Below are positions 40,601-51,109 of a stretch of DNA of 64,000 bases, one piece after another; the stretch's first letter is position 1, and each line of letters opens with the position of its first letter. The notes under the pieces were generated by a model. That model did not search any database, had not been told where the DNA came from, and saw nothing but the letters and a program-made list of their open reading frames with translations. The stretch covers positions 50,160,001-50,224,000 of the forward strand of contig OZ249436.1 in the NCBI GenBank assembly GCA_965235115.1, given 5' to 3'. This stretch comes from Laetmonice hystrix (taxonomy: Eukaryota). The position numbers and the translations under genes were made by a program.

Positions 40601-43425
40601 CTAATGTATGCTTTTTCGCTTTCTTTAATGTTTGGGTCAGTGCGTCGCTTCCTAATGTATGCTTTTTCGCTTTCTTTAATGTTTGGGTCAGTGCGTCGCT
40701 TCCTAATGTATGCTTTTTCGCTTTCTTTAATGTTTGGGTCAGTGCGTCGCTTCCTAATGTATGCTTTTTCACTTTCTTGAATGTTTGGGTCAGTGCGTCG
40801 CTTCCTAATGTATGCTTTTTCGCTTTCTTGAATGTTTGGGTCAGTGCGTCGCTTCCTAATGTATGCTTTTTCGCTTTCTTTAATGTTTGGGTCAGTGCGT
40901 CGCTTCCTAATGTATGCTTTTTCGCTTTCTTTAATGTTTGGGTCAGTGCGTCGCTTCCTAATGTATGCTTTTTCACTTTCTACAATGTTTGGGTCAGTGC
41001 GTCGCTTCCTAATGTATGCTTTTTCAGCCTCTGTAATGTTTGGGTCAGTGCGCCTTTTTTTCATGTATTCTTTTCTCCTTTCTCTAAATTCTGAGTCAAG
41101 TGGCCTTTTTGACATGAACTCTTTGTCGTTGTCATGAATACTGGTTTGCTCTCGTCTGTTTCTCATGTACTGCCTCATGTATTCCCTCCTATTAGTTTTT
41201 CTTTGTTCACTATCCGTATTGAGTTCATTTGAGTCATCCACGATAGGGGCCTGAGAGCAGTCTATGTTACTTTCACAGTTTTCAACAATTTCTATAGACA
41301 CAAGCTTGTAGCGTACAAGGTTTTTTTTCAACTTATCTGCCACTTTCTCGATTAGTTCAGCTACTTCTTTCACACAAATGCACACTGCTACTGTTGCCTT
41401 TCCATTCTCTACAGGTAGTCCTTGTTCATCACATGGATTAGGATTGAAGACAAGATATGTTCCCTCACTTGTTTTGAATAAACTCATCATGTAGTTTCCA
41501 AGTAACACAATTACCATTTGAGAACCTGTAAAGGCTTGACAAAGCCCCTGTACCACACCTGTACTCTTACGTGTACGTGATGATCGTGCATTCTTGAGAT
41601 TACCTTCAACAGTTTCCATTTTCTGTATACAATACTTTTCATTACTTCCTGACAGCAGTTCAGGTATTGCCTTTTCAAGGTTTCTTGGAAACCCTTGTGA
41701 TTTACTTTTGTCACACAACCGGGCTCCCTCAAGTAGTACATTGTTTACATCAGAACATTTCACTTCATTCACCTTTGGCAAGGACGTTAGCGATGTAAGC
41801 AGATTACTCAGGGATAGCCTTTTACTGTTGTATGGTGTAAAGCAACTGTCATTTTGACTGAGACTGCCTCGTATAACATGAACAGGACCCCACTCTTCAA
41901 CCTCACTGGAACACTGGGGTTCTTGCAAAAGGGTCGATTTTTTTGGTGACATTCCTTCAACAGACTGGGAGGACCTCACTTCTTGGTTTGACTCTGGACG
42001 AATAGCTTCCACACAGTGTGATTCCTCTGTGCTATGTACCTGTGGCTCATCATTCACAACAGGGACTGTAGGAATAGTCAACGGTGTTGCAGAGACTGTA
42101 TTGTCACGATGAATTTGGATTGGTTGGAGCTCATATCTTGTGACACCCAAACTTCTGACAAGACGGAACAGCTGAAGTTGAAGTTCCTGCAGTGTTGGGA
42201 AGCACATCAGAATAGCAGTACCATCTTCACACTGTTCTCCTTTGTTGTTCCTAGAATGTGAGTCAAAGAAGCAGAACTGTGCATGACTGTTCAAGAACAC
42301 ACTGAATGCAAAGTCACCAACTATTACTAATGCAGCATTATGAGTCGTGAAACACTGCACAACAGCTTCACTCAGTGACAGATTTGTTATATCTTTACTC
42401 AAGCAGTTCCCAAACAGAACATCTGAATCACTTAACTCAATTGTGAATTTCTCATTTGATGTCTCTATTTCTTTTGGAAGGTCACAGAATGCCAAGAAGG
42501 AGTAATTGAATGTTTCCCTTTTTTCTTTCTGCATCTTTACCACTTTCTGATACAAAGCATCACCTTCTGACAATACCACATCTATGTTATCTGGTGTGGG
42601 GCTATCCAAATTCTGAAAGGTGTGGATACCAACAAGTGCGGCAGGGAGACAAAAACGACCTCGTGAGAAAGCAGAAAAAGTTTCATTACCCTGATGCATA
42701 TGCCCGAATGTGACACTAGGTGGCAGTTTGGTCTCCATTGTTACACCAGATGTCGCCACTGATTCACTGCTATCGAAGGCAGACTTTCTTCTATGCTTTG
42801 GATAGGAGTCAATGACGCTGGTTTGGGAATTCATTTGGTAAGGTTTCATTGGAGTGGTCACATTGACTGGAACAATATTCATAGCACTCTGGTTCATATG
42901 GTCACTTTCAGATGTATTTGTGGCACTCAGGCCGTTCAGTACAATACGTTCAGTGCAATACTTTGGAACAATATTCACGGCACTCAGGCCAACGTTGTGA
43001 CGATTGTCACTTTGGCATTTGGTCATTTCGTTCAGAGAGTCATTTGGTACTTTTTGGCATTTGGTCATTTCGTTCAGAGAGTCATTTGGTACTTTTTGGC
43101 ATTTGGTCATTTCGTTCAGAGAGTCATTTGGTACTTTTTGGCATGGATTCATTTGGTTCATAGAGTCATTTGGTACTTTTTGGCATGGATTCATTTGGTT
43201 CATAGAGTCATTTGGTACTTCATGGCAAGTATTCATAGAGTCGGTATTTGGTACTTCATGGCAAGTATTCACAGAGTCGGTATTTGGTACAGAGTCGGTA
43301 TTTGGTATTTCATGGCAAGTATTCATTGAGTCATTGAGCCTGGTTTGGATACCCAGACCAAGTTTTGGGTAACGGAGGGCCTGCACCTCCGTGAGGTCAG
43401 CGACCTCCGAAGCCGTCTGCTTGGC
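34651..43425 (-). CDS. Helentron Rep/helicase/endonuclease polyprotein, main exon
   Basis: Uninterrupted ~2925 codons. Tegument-like DUB (HQG...RFC...FFDSH, 42120-42715). Degenerate second copy (41290-41880). 17-aa basic repeats. CxxC...CHTC cluster (39715-39935). HUH Rep motifs PTFFCSFS, VEWQARGSPHIHCLFW (38287-38334) and YSCVMYILSYISK (37723-37761). Pif1 motifs GPAGVGKS, IDEVSM, GDFYQLPPV, MRQKDD, TIHKVQG, YVAFSRV. AP-type endonuclease NVEGL, TETWL, IYRP, GDFNED, LLDAVY, SYHDPV (34651-35310). The track's TTG start lies in a polypyrimidine-CAG acceptor ending at 43426. Confidence 0.95.
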   Translation of the reverse strand, partial: AKQTASEVADLTEVQALRYPKLGLGIQTRLNDSMNTCHEIPNTDSVPNTDSVNTCHEVPNTDSMNTCHEVPNDSMNQMNPCQKVPNDSMNQMNPCQKVPNDSLNEMTKCQKVPNDSLNEMTKCQKVPNDSLNEMTKCQSDNRHNVGLSAVNIVPKYCTERIVLNGLSATNTSESDHMNQSAMNIVPVNVTTPMKPYQMNSQTSVIDSYPKHRRKSAFDSSESVATSGVTMETKLPPSVTFGHMHQGNETFSAFSRGRFCLPAALVGIHTFQNLDSPTPDNIDVVLSEGDALYQKVVKMQKEKRETFNYSFLAFCDLPKEIETSNEKFTIELSDSDVLFGNCLSKDITNLSLSEAVVQCFTTHNAALVIVGDFAFSVFLNSHAQFCFFDSHSRNNKGEQCEDGTAILMCFPTLQELQLQLFRLVRSLGVTRYELQPIQIHRDNTVSATPLTIPTVPVVNDEPQVHSTEESHCVEAIRPESNQEVRSSQSVEGMSPKKSTLLQEPQCSSEVEEWGPVHVIRGSLSQNDSCFTPYNSKRLSLSNLLTSLTSLPKVNEVKCSDVNNVLLEGARLCDKSKSQGFPRNLEKAIPELLSGSNEKYCIQKMETVEGNLKNARSSRTRKSTGVVQGLCQAFTGSQMVIVLLGNYMMSLFKTSEGTYLVFNPNPCDEQGLPVENGKATVAVCICVKEVAELIEKVADKLKKNLVRYKLVSIEIVENCESNIDCSQAPIVDDSNELNTDSEQRKTNRREYMRQYMRNRREQTSIHDNDKEFMSKRPLDSEFRERRKEYMKKRRTDPNITEAEKAYIRKRRTDPNIVESEKAYIRKRRTDPNIKESEKAYIRKRRTDPNIKESEKAYIRKRRTDPNIQESEKAYIRKRRTDPNIQESEKAYIRKRRTDPNIKESEKAYIRKRRTDPNIKESEKAYIRKRRTDPNIKESEKAYIRKRRTDPNIKESEKAYIRKRRTDPNIKESEKTYFRKRHSDPNIKEIEKEYIKKKRIDADFQKNERKASVEKYKNNSSIRDQKKKQSIEKYASCEKFRNKIKNYSRSKYHQNPDFQRKVNLYNCRKYKENPYFKTSLIQAQKVKYKYNAVYCEHKKRQARLQYSKISANPLLHKQFQTRKNQQYLRNIRSLRIKARQRKNEMKQRCKRIEHVKIKFQTEVQDYPEYVCSVCHRLLFKKQVVKCIQTKYNTSSSKKRLAEKCIDKDLQQYCSETCPSSCSLHRKSSRNLYICHTCDRYITSGKMPHEARANKLGLQSVPRELQTLNILEKHLISRIVPFMRLITLPKGGQKKLKGPCVLVPSNLHQTLEILPRSNNDSRDIIKLKMKRKLSYKGYYEYQQVNVNKIHDALRYLKYKVGNKHYADIQIDDSNNIDKDLLTSRDAQNVDTTESNLENIDDSNQIVQCFDGSDSQQTENHEDNVDDGEKDNGEGEDCEDNGNRRGPVLDTFLMPVDMVQEALPLCPDSILSIAPCEGNKPTNLFREQSCEALAFPNHFPDARNTITEERHLKLSPSKYFQARLMNVDTRFASDPQYIFFSLYITELNFISSNISIALRKGKKKTKDGKKITAKTLSERQGVDHVTGEDTGFRHFPTPKGSPEYWKQTLHDLFAVLRQVGLPTFFCSFSCNNDWPEIVTAIKAQLGETVDVDKLTWEEKCNILASNPVTCARMFDHRVKLFLNTVIRSPAQPIGEVIDWFYRVEWQARGSPHIHCLFWVKDAPIIGTDNDVAVCDFIDRYISCQIPDQNDDLHQKVARFQTHSRNHTRSCKKGNRECRFNYPRPVSKRTFVSRPVTEPIGLVPTAAEVKAAQKKLSVVWDILKGNEDETMSTNEILEEAGLTWRTYKELFDIATKKVAVVMKRDVKDCWTNNYNAALLDIWNANMDIQFITDAYSCVMYILSYISKAEHELSDVLRNAQREMRQGNHDLKSEMKKLGNVYLDYREVSCQEAAHRMCNLHLKECSRACVFLPVGINATRISLPLAQLEAKAKSDGNDDDIWFKNIVDKYQARPDGKDWDLTCLADFASMYRVIYGQANVKSTVQLKDDCGTIQKRKPENFAVIRYPRHSETTKPEEYYHGQMKVYLPWRHKHQLKPLEYATYEDFHQNGAVRLSEGEEIKSVKDIVMENKLRYEKDAKVLQHAFETLQECENLGENLEDAWANVANQAEMSRLEAEEERIPFDQNSDEPLTDDHNYLNDDHGDSTGIPGTFAVDHSDDGCVTRAVKPLLKNMNVMQQKIFYTVRKWCLDKVNGLKPEPFRIFLSGPAGVGKSLLIKCIYYECTKIFLQHQSNQNLPPVFLSATTGLAAFNVDGCTVHSLLKIIKPRKGPYQPLTENVLNTMYATLQEMKILVIDEVSMMGSQVLEYVHKRLGQVKHNKDLFGGISILAVGDFYQLPPVKAGFPICVPNTSDLWMDNFKYIELTEIMRQKDDAEFAALLNRLRIKSKSEPLSKVDSETLQKRLIKPEDCPQEALFIYAKNKEVDEHNEQMLQSKCTDISEIVAVDVVRNKRTGRLEEKSAPKSSNKSDGLPGLLRIAVGARVMITKNIDTEHGITNGAMGTVTAILPTQDGKSLPEGVCITFDNDKVGRGLRQQNPNKTIPQGSVKIAPHEEGLELVEQERKGGKRKQFPMRLAWACTIHKVQGLTVEKIVISMKSMFESGHAYVAFSRVTNIQGLYLLDYDEKKIYRNEGVATGLDLMIPLSVESLECSNEMFTVVHHNVEGLSQNFESQKNHFQMFSSDILLMTETWLRDQEDLTNFEHEDFYLMSKTRRESYDIESMASLSKGGVGVYIRKNVLHGFLDVPVQNLEFISVVIHTRRTQRPLVVCVIYRPSRYPIGLFCPAVQDLIVKMENQLPDAGFIVMGDFNEDIVKGLNGVLNLMTFNGYKQMITQGTTLGNTLLDAVYVKNVIVKSSGVLQTHYSYHDPVYVQV
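40455..41070 (-). repeat. Coding 51-bp tandem repeat (YIRKRRTDPNIKESEKA x ~12)
   Basis: Read directly in both the DNA and the translation. Confidence 0.95.
43010..43330 (-). repeat. Coding degenerate tandem repeats (CQKVPNDSLNEMTK-type) near the N-terminus
   Basis: Read directly in the translation; all units keep the frame. Confidence 0.9.
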
Positions 43426-46400
43426 CTGCAAAGATAAAAACAGAAAGTTATTCAATGAAAGCTAGTACCATAACAAAAGTTATAAGTTCTTCACCTATAT
43501 GGATAAACAAGCAGTAATGATATTCTGGTTTCGACACTTGAAGCTCTATAACGATAAAAATAAAAATTAGTATCTTCTGGGCTGGGGGGAAGTGTGTAGA
43601 GGGGAAAAGAAGGTTCACAGGGCAGTGCATCACATTAGAATCAAAAGCACATGTATCAGAACTCCCTATTGGATCCTTTTATAGTCTCACCCCCCCCCCG
43701 TCCTTAAGATTAAAAGTTCTTATAAATCCCCCCCCCCCCCCTTAAACCAACATCAGTCTTTCCCTTGGCTGGAGACCTGCGCCCTCTGGTGGCAGTTTGT
43801 TGGCTGCACCAGAGTGCAGCGGTAGAGGGCAGTAGCAGAAGGCATGTCGCCAGCCAAATGCTGTTTTTAATGGAGACCACACTGTGGCGCTGCAGTATGC
43901 ATGTTAACTACTGTGTGGCGCTGGGATCGGTCACCCCGCCATAGAGCATACTGTGTACGTATGAAGAATTAATGGTAGAAGTGCATAAATGCGTACAATT
44001 AAGAGTATACGTCGTACAACTATCAAATTTTGTGATTTTGCATACAAAATACCCAAAATGTATAGAGGTAGGCAGGTATAAGGTAGAGATCCTGAATCTA
44101 ATTAGAGGTGGTGTAGAATATGCCGTTTAATAACAGAATGTAACGCCATTATACGTATAGGCTGACAAAACGTAGACATATTACCATTTTGCTAAGGCAA
44201 CAATTTAACACCAGTCTCGTTTACCCGTCAAGTGCCTCTGTAGATTACCAACAAATCAACAAAAAGCTGTCCGTGTACAAGGGGACCATGTACAACATGC
44301 AATATATATATATTATATGTAATAAGTTTATGGTATTTCATAACGGTAGAACCTCACTTATTTGAAGTAAATTTGTTATATTGTAAATAACAATTTTAAT
44401 AACTTAAAATCTGACATATTCTGGTCATCTGTGCCAAGATAAAAGAATATTCCATAAAGGTCTCCACTTCAAGACGTTCTCTGTCATAGACCAAGGTCCT
44501 TTCTGGTCGCTTCCTACTTCAGATCCATACTTGGTCTTTCATCACCACTCAGCCACCGTTTTGGGGAAGGGATGGCAGGTTTGTAGATGGAGTCATACGT
44601 GCAGAGAACCAGGACTCATTTTATGGTTCAACAACATGTCATTATTATACATACGGGTGTTTGTATAGAGGAACCTGGTAGTATGCACCTGGAGTAGTGC
44701 ATACTACATCCATCTCTAGCTTTCGCCTTCATTAATACACATCCTAAAAAGTCACGTTCCTACATATGTGCAGAGCCTACAAAGTACTACAATTATAGTA
44801 TTTGACAAATGACTATCTTGAAACTCTTCTCAATTAAAATATAGAACTACAAAACCTCTCAAATTCTATATTTATAAAAATACAAACGCACCTAAGTACA
44901 ATGTAGATGTAAAAAAAGTGACTTTTTGTACACCTTGGGTACAGATGGATCACACTAAGTATTACCTATCAAATAATTAATAAGGTGCAGACTAATGATA
45001 CTAATGACATTGGTCCACATGGAACGGAACTAGAAACAGAGTATTGATTTCTAGAACGCCTGGTTAGAACCAAACCACAGTAGGCCTACGCATAATTAAC
45101 AACCCCTGAAAACTGGCAAAATTACAAAACAATAAACTCAATAGCCATTGACTTACACAAATTTAAACACTCGGATAAACTAAAGTGGGTTAGACACATT
45201 TCTCAAATATAACATCAGTTGGTTAAAACCACGTTTGTATTAGTAACCGGTCACACAAGACAAGATTACAGGCATTAGATGTTCAGTGCATCAATGGTAT
45301 TATGATCAGGAATGTACTAGCTTTGTTACATACAAACATAGAAAAAACTGCCTAGTCGAACACGTAAATGACCCTTTTGTTCACGTGTCAATCTATACAC
45401 ATTCTATCATAATCACATTTCTTATCTTTAATATAGCTACCACATCTGACCTAATACACGTATGCTATGCTTAAAAATTTTGTGTGTATGGTTATGGTTC
45501 ATTATATAAGGGTGCACCCAAGTTTACTCATCAAAACGATACAGCACCCCCAGCGCACCTGGCTAACAAGGCCAGGCCTCATAAAAGATGCGGGTGTACA
45601 TTTTATTAGGCCATGTATGCATATCAGGTTTGATAGTCGTTTTAAAATGCACCGTCATCTCAAATTCTACATTTCTGGTCTTGACTGCACCATCCTACCT
45701 TCTTGTGGAACCATATGCACACCGCATGCGCACAACGATACGGTTCCCTGATGAAACCTGTCATGTTTTTAGCACATCCACGCGACTAGCTACATAACAG
45801 TACATCACCACAAAGTCCTCATACAAATCTGGCAAGGAACTAAAGTGTTTTGTTTACTCTGGAGAACTTGGCAGGTCCATGAAAACTTTTTTTTAATATT
45901 TATTTCACATATTTTAAAAAAATACTTGGCAAAGGTATGAAGATGCGAAATTCATCCTGCAAATTTTATAAACCCCTTCTTGCATTGAATGTCTTATCTA
46001 TGATACTGAATACATGTCGGTCGTCCAGATCTTGGTGCAGCAGTCCAAACTAGTTGTCTTCTCAGCAGATTTAAATTCCAACACAAAAACTAAGATTAGT
46101 AAGTTTTGCATGGGAACTTATGAATGCTGTATCAGCACCTAAACTTAGTCACTTACCAACTCGACAAGACACAATTAACTGGAATCAGCTGCCGCCTTGG
46201 AGAGGTGATGATGGCATTAGCAGGTGGATGCATAAGTGATGTATGATGCTGTAATAACTTGTATGGTTCACCGAGTGTGGCCCAACTATTGCATTGGACA
46301 GGATGTCCACATAAAAACTCCTTTTAACTTCATCGCTGGATAGTAACACAGAAATATGTTAAATACGACCACCAACCTTTCCTGTTGGATGTCACAGACA

Positions 46401-46643
46401 TGTAGGCTTGTTTATAAAGGCATGCCAATGAACTAGGAGTTCAGGCTAACACTAAGATATAAAAAAATAGAGAAATAAATCTAAGGAAACTGACCTTCCT
46501 CAGCCCTAAACTGGTGGAATATACCTAGAGTCAAGCACCATTCTTATCAGGTTTTATGTTGCGGACGTGTAATCTTCCCGTAGTTTGTGCATTATGTATG
46601 TCTGTATGCTCTGCAGCTCAAGGTGTATAAATTCTTCAGACAA

Positions 46644-47371
46644 TAGGGACTGTAAGTCAAAACGGGAAAGTGCGAGATTTAGCACTTCCTGTGACAACAA
46701 AAATACTAAACCACCGTAGATAATTTTGGAATCTATCCAAGTTCAATTCTACAGTTATCCTCAATCTATAAAAGTCTATTACCTTCACATCTATTGTTTT
46801 GTCTCTCCAAGATTTACTCTGGAACTGTCAGATTACGAGCCTACGAATTGTGACGTCACAAAAGTTTGCCAACCTCCGATGCTAACACTGCTTGGTTAAG
46901 AAATTACAACACAATTCTAAGTATATGACATTATTTGGTTCAATATTTTAGCTCCCCATGTAATCTTTTGACGTCCTCACTTGTGTATTTCAGCAGTTAG
47001 AGGCGTTTGAACTGCTGAAGCGAAGCACCGGCCGCCGTTATGTTTAGGCTCTGGTCTGATCACATTCCATCATGACCCATTGTGACGTAGCGCTATTGTT
47101 CATTGTTCCTGACGTCGCTGATTGGGTCTCTCGATTTTAATTCTAATTAATTGATTTTAAAAAACCCAAGAGTTTGCTAGGGCACCTAACATTTTCCCAA
47201 GCCTTTGCTAAATTCGGTTTCACAGTCTAACCCTCCTTTCTGATCAAAATAATCACCCCAGCAAACGTAGTCATGGGTTGAATAGAGACTTCCTATCTTG
47301 GCCTATGCTTTATAAGCGATAATAGGGTGTCATTGAAAGTAATATTTGCGGCACGAGACTTACAGTCCCTA
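46644..47371. mobile_element. TAG-terminated TIR element in the predicted Helentron intron
   Basis: Perfect 15-bp TIR TAGGGACTGTAAGTC / GACTTACAGTCCCTA. TSD unclear. Confidence 0.7.
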
Positions 47372-49332
47372 TACCTCTTTAGAGATAATTACCATGAGGT
47401 CTTCTAATTAAAATGTTTTAGACCTGGTTAAAACGTACATCATTGCCCATTTTAAAATATGCATAAAAAATATTCTGCAGTGGGTCTGGAAACTATATCA
47501 AATGCTTGCACTTTATGTATGAAACTATTGGGTTCGTCCTGCACATTAGAGATTATCAGCTCTAACTGAAATTCTCACACGGATAGATCTACAATCTGTG
47601 ATCAGTCGAAATTGTTCTAATTGTACACAACTGATACAGAATACTAAGTTCAAAATGTGACCTGTTTTTGAAGTGAACAACTAATAAATAGGAACATTTG
47701 AATAACATAATAAACATATTAAGAGACTGCACTATGGTCCAATTGAAGTGTCACCTGAAATTAAATGTAGAGCCATTATTTCAAACACAAAACATCTGGT
47801 ATCAGAGTTTTCGCAAGTCTCAGAGACACATCCTTTAGTACCAGAATAGTGCTCTGTGACACGACTAATTTTAATAGAAATTCCGCAGTCACGTTGTCAC
47901 AGTTTTTGTGTACAATTATAATACTAGGACAAACACAATCAGTTTAGTACCAGCCAGCACTTAATCACAGTGTTCTAACCAGAAATATTTCTCACAGTGG
48001 GGGGAAGGTGATGGACAAACACAGGGCCTTGGGTGGGCTTTCCCCCAGGAAAATATGGCAAGTGCCATGCCTAAAACAGGTTTAAGGCTGCCTTTTACCT
48101 AACCCTGATTTACCCCACAAATTGATGCCTGCTGCTGTACTAGAGGGCAACCTCCACCTTTGTCAACTTCCCCTTCTACTACTTTTCTTATTGAAACCCC
48201 TGGGTAGTGAAGTAATGCACAACTGAACTGGTAACAGAAACATAAGCAGTAATGACGAAAATCCATGCAAGAAAATCAACACAAATTCCTAAAACTGAAA
48301 AATTAAAATTACAATTACATGGTTAAACACAAAATTGCCGTGGAGAGCTTTTGACAACACAGCATGCTGTGGTAAACAATTTGGGAATTTCCAGGCCAAC
48401 ACTGCCAAAACTAGAAAGATGCCCAAAGGCAGAGTCTCTAGAAAGTGCATTTTGGGGCTTTTTAAAACTCCAAAATGATACCATCTTAAAATTCAAAAAT
48501 ATTAAGAATTTAATGGAATGTATTTGAAACTGCTCTGAAATTCTTTTGAACGAATTCACCCACTCATTTACAGTGAGTATTATCAGTTGTCCATTTAATT
48601 CTAAGTAGAGCCATCTGGTTTCCGTGATTGCGTCAGAATTCGCACAATTCCCTCACTTAAAGGGAAATGCGAGTGTTCAAAGCGCCACCTAGTGAGCCGC
48701 GTTGTTACCATGGCGAAAATGTAAGTATTCAAAGCGCCGCGTAGTGAGCTTTAAAAGAAAACTGTTTGGCTTATTTATGCAGTCAACTAGTTTGATCTGG
48801 AAATCAGAGGTGTTCACTAACACAAGATCGTCGCTTTAAAGAGAATCCTATTACTCAAACAGAATTTGCAAAATCGATGGTTTTTAGGTGTAATGCAGAG
48901 ACGTAGTTCTAAAGCACTTTAAAAGTGGGGGGGCAGCAGGGCCATGCGCAGAATTTTTTGAGGGGGGGATTACAGTTTGGCGGGGTGACTGGGCGAGCGT
49001 CAAAGGCGCGAAGCCATGCTAGGGGAGTCCGGGGGCATGATGCCCGCCAAAAATTTTTTTAATTTATAGTGTAATTTGGTGGCATTTGGTGCATCTTAGA
49101 GCACAAAATAAGGTCTGAAATGTGAGAAAATACCCTCCTTCTCCATAGACTTCCAATGGCAAAAGTCAAGGGGAGGGAAAAAGTGGGGGGGGGGGGTCAA
49201 AAGATATTCTGCCCCCCCCCCCATTTCAAAGTGCGGGTGGCCATGGCCCCCTGGCCCCCCCTATTCCTACGCCCCTGTAATGCTAGCATGCACACAGACG
49301 TGGCATTTGGAGTCGACCTAGGCGACAAAATT

Positions 49333-50784
49333 CAGGGATGAAAGTGGCCAGCTGTAAAATTTCCTGAAATTCTGACCGGGGGGGGGGGGGGGGGGGGGGG
49401 AGAGAGGCGGGGGCCAATGTCCATAATTAATATTTGTTCATGCGCACATCCAAGGCTTACCCCCCCCTTAAAAAAAGTCAGGCTAGGAACAGCAGACAAT
49501 CATGATCCGATAAGGCCTCCTAGATATTATATATTATAGGGCCTAGCCCTCAGTATTTAGTCGCCACCCCACCCACCCCCAACCCCCCACCCCTGCAAAT
49601 TTGATGGATAGACTCCATCACTCATCAGTCCATGCCCCTGTTCAAGGCTGTTGCTTGCCTGTCACTCACTGTCAACCTCTGCCTGGCTCTGCCGTCTCTC
49701 TCCAACAATAAAATTGGAATCCAGTCGGCTTTTAGCGTCCAAAATGCACCCGATTACGTTGTCAAACAGCTTCCATGTGTTAGACTGACCACACAGGCTG
49801 TCCATCAGTCTTGACCCTCAGCAGTCACGACCCTCAGCGGCTCTCAGCCAAGCAACACAGTCGCTGAGTCGAGTGGTTCAGCCCTGCCACTCATGTTGTG
49901 AATATTATTGTCACTTCCGGTCTTATCAGGACACCTGCACTGATCGACAAATGTAATGAAAAGTCCTGACAACCCCAAAACTTCAGTGAAAACCACTTAA
50001 GGTAATGCCATTATCCTCAAATTTATATGCAAGAAAACATTATAAGAACTTACTGACATATATACTAGGCAGATTCATAGAACTAAATTGACCCAGTTTT
50101 CTGTGAGGAGTGACATTGTGATGGTGCGTAGTTCGTCAGCCTAATCACTATCACCAACGCCGGGACTAGACAGACCGGTCTGTCTATACTATAGTCTTGT
50201 TCACTAAGTGAGCGCTCAGGCAAAACTCGCGCATGGATATAGCATAATGGCAAGCCTGAATCAACGGGCTTCACAGCTGCCTGACCATCAGTTTTGCCTG
50301 AAGTCATTACCTGAGGTGAGTCGCTCTCACCACAGCGACACGGGGCCGTGCCTGCCAGACGGGACAGACGCCACCGCGTGCCGGTAGAAGTCAGCCCACG
50401 TGGGCCGGTCTATGTGAGTGATGTGACCACAGCTACACCAGCACTCCCGGCAGACCGGCCTATGCACGGCGGCACCCGTGACACTGGACGGGTTTGAGAC
50501 ACTCTAATATCCCCATCTATAAACGAACTTTGGCAGGTAGAGATATATTGAGCTGCATGGTGTTAAAAAACGTCCTGGAAGTGGAAGGGGATATTGTTTC
50601 ATTTGATATTAACAAATAAAATTGCCCACCACACAGTCCAGGGCAATACTTAGCCTTGGCTTAGGCCCACCTCTTTTGCCTATAGATCTAGGCCTATTTC
50701 CTTTTTTCGGTGTTATTTCTTGGGGGGGGGGGATTTTTTCAAATTTCCTGATTTCAGGAAATTTCCTGAAAACTTTCATCCCTG
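49333..50784. mobile_element. CAGGG-terminated TIR element with 6-bp TSD in the predicted Helentron intron
   Basis: CAGGGATGAAAGT / ACTTTCATCCCTG, subterminal AAATTTCCTGA motifs, and AAAATT on both flanks (49327-49332, 50785-50790). Confidence 0.8.
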
Positions 50785-51046
50785 AAAATTTAAAAAATGC
50801 ACATGCCTTGTTGGCAACTAGCATATTCTGGGGATAGGTCTCTTGTAACCAGGTCTCAAGTGGGGCTGATCTATTAACTGAAAAAAAGGAAATTCACTAG
50901 AAAAAATTGAAAAAAAAATCAGAAATTATGAAAAAAAGCCTGAATTTTTGGGAAAACACTTGAAAAGAAACACGGAAAACAGATGGCCCTTACTAATCTA
51001 GACAGAACATGTATCATATGTAAATTTTTGTTGCACATCACATTAC

Positions 51047-51109
51047 CTGTAAAAGCCTAGCAGCAGAAGCTTTCTTGGCAGCCACCTGTCGTCGTGACTT
51101 CCTAGGCAT
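51047..51109 (-). CDS. Predicted first coding exon of the Helentron protein (MPRKSRRQVAAKKASAARLLQ)
   Basis: Acceptor TTTCAG (AG at 51113-51112), ATG at 51109, donor CAG|GTAATG after 51047. The phase-0 join is in frame with the acceptor at 43425 (AKQTASEV...). Confidence 0.6.

Noticed and set aside
41290..42715. Endogenous herpesvirus suggested by the tegument-like domain
   Set aside because: No other viral genes; the domain is in frame with a Helentron Rep/helicase.
40395..43372. Alternative-frame and antisense ORFs over the Helentron gene
   Set aside because: Shadows of the coding tandem repeats.
43426..43455. TTG start of the 2934-aa ORF
   Set aside because: Non-ATG and embedded in a polypyrimidine tract ending in CAG, so better explained as an intron end.
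44400..46400. Additional Helentron exons in the long intron
   Set aside because: Splice-like signals exist, but I found no open, phase-compatible exon with confidence.
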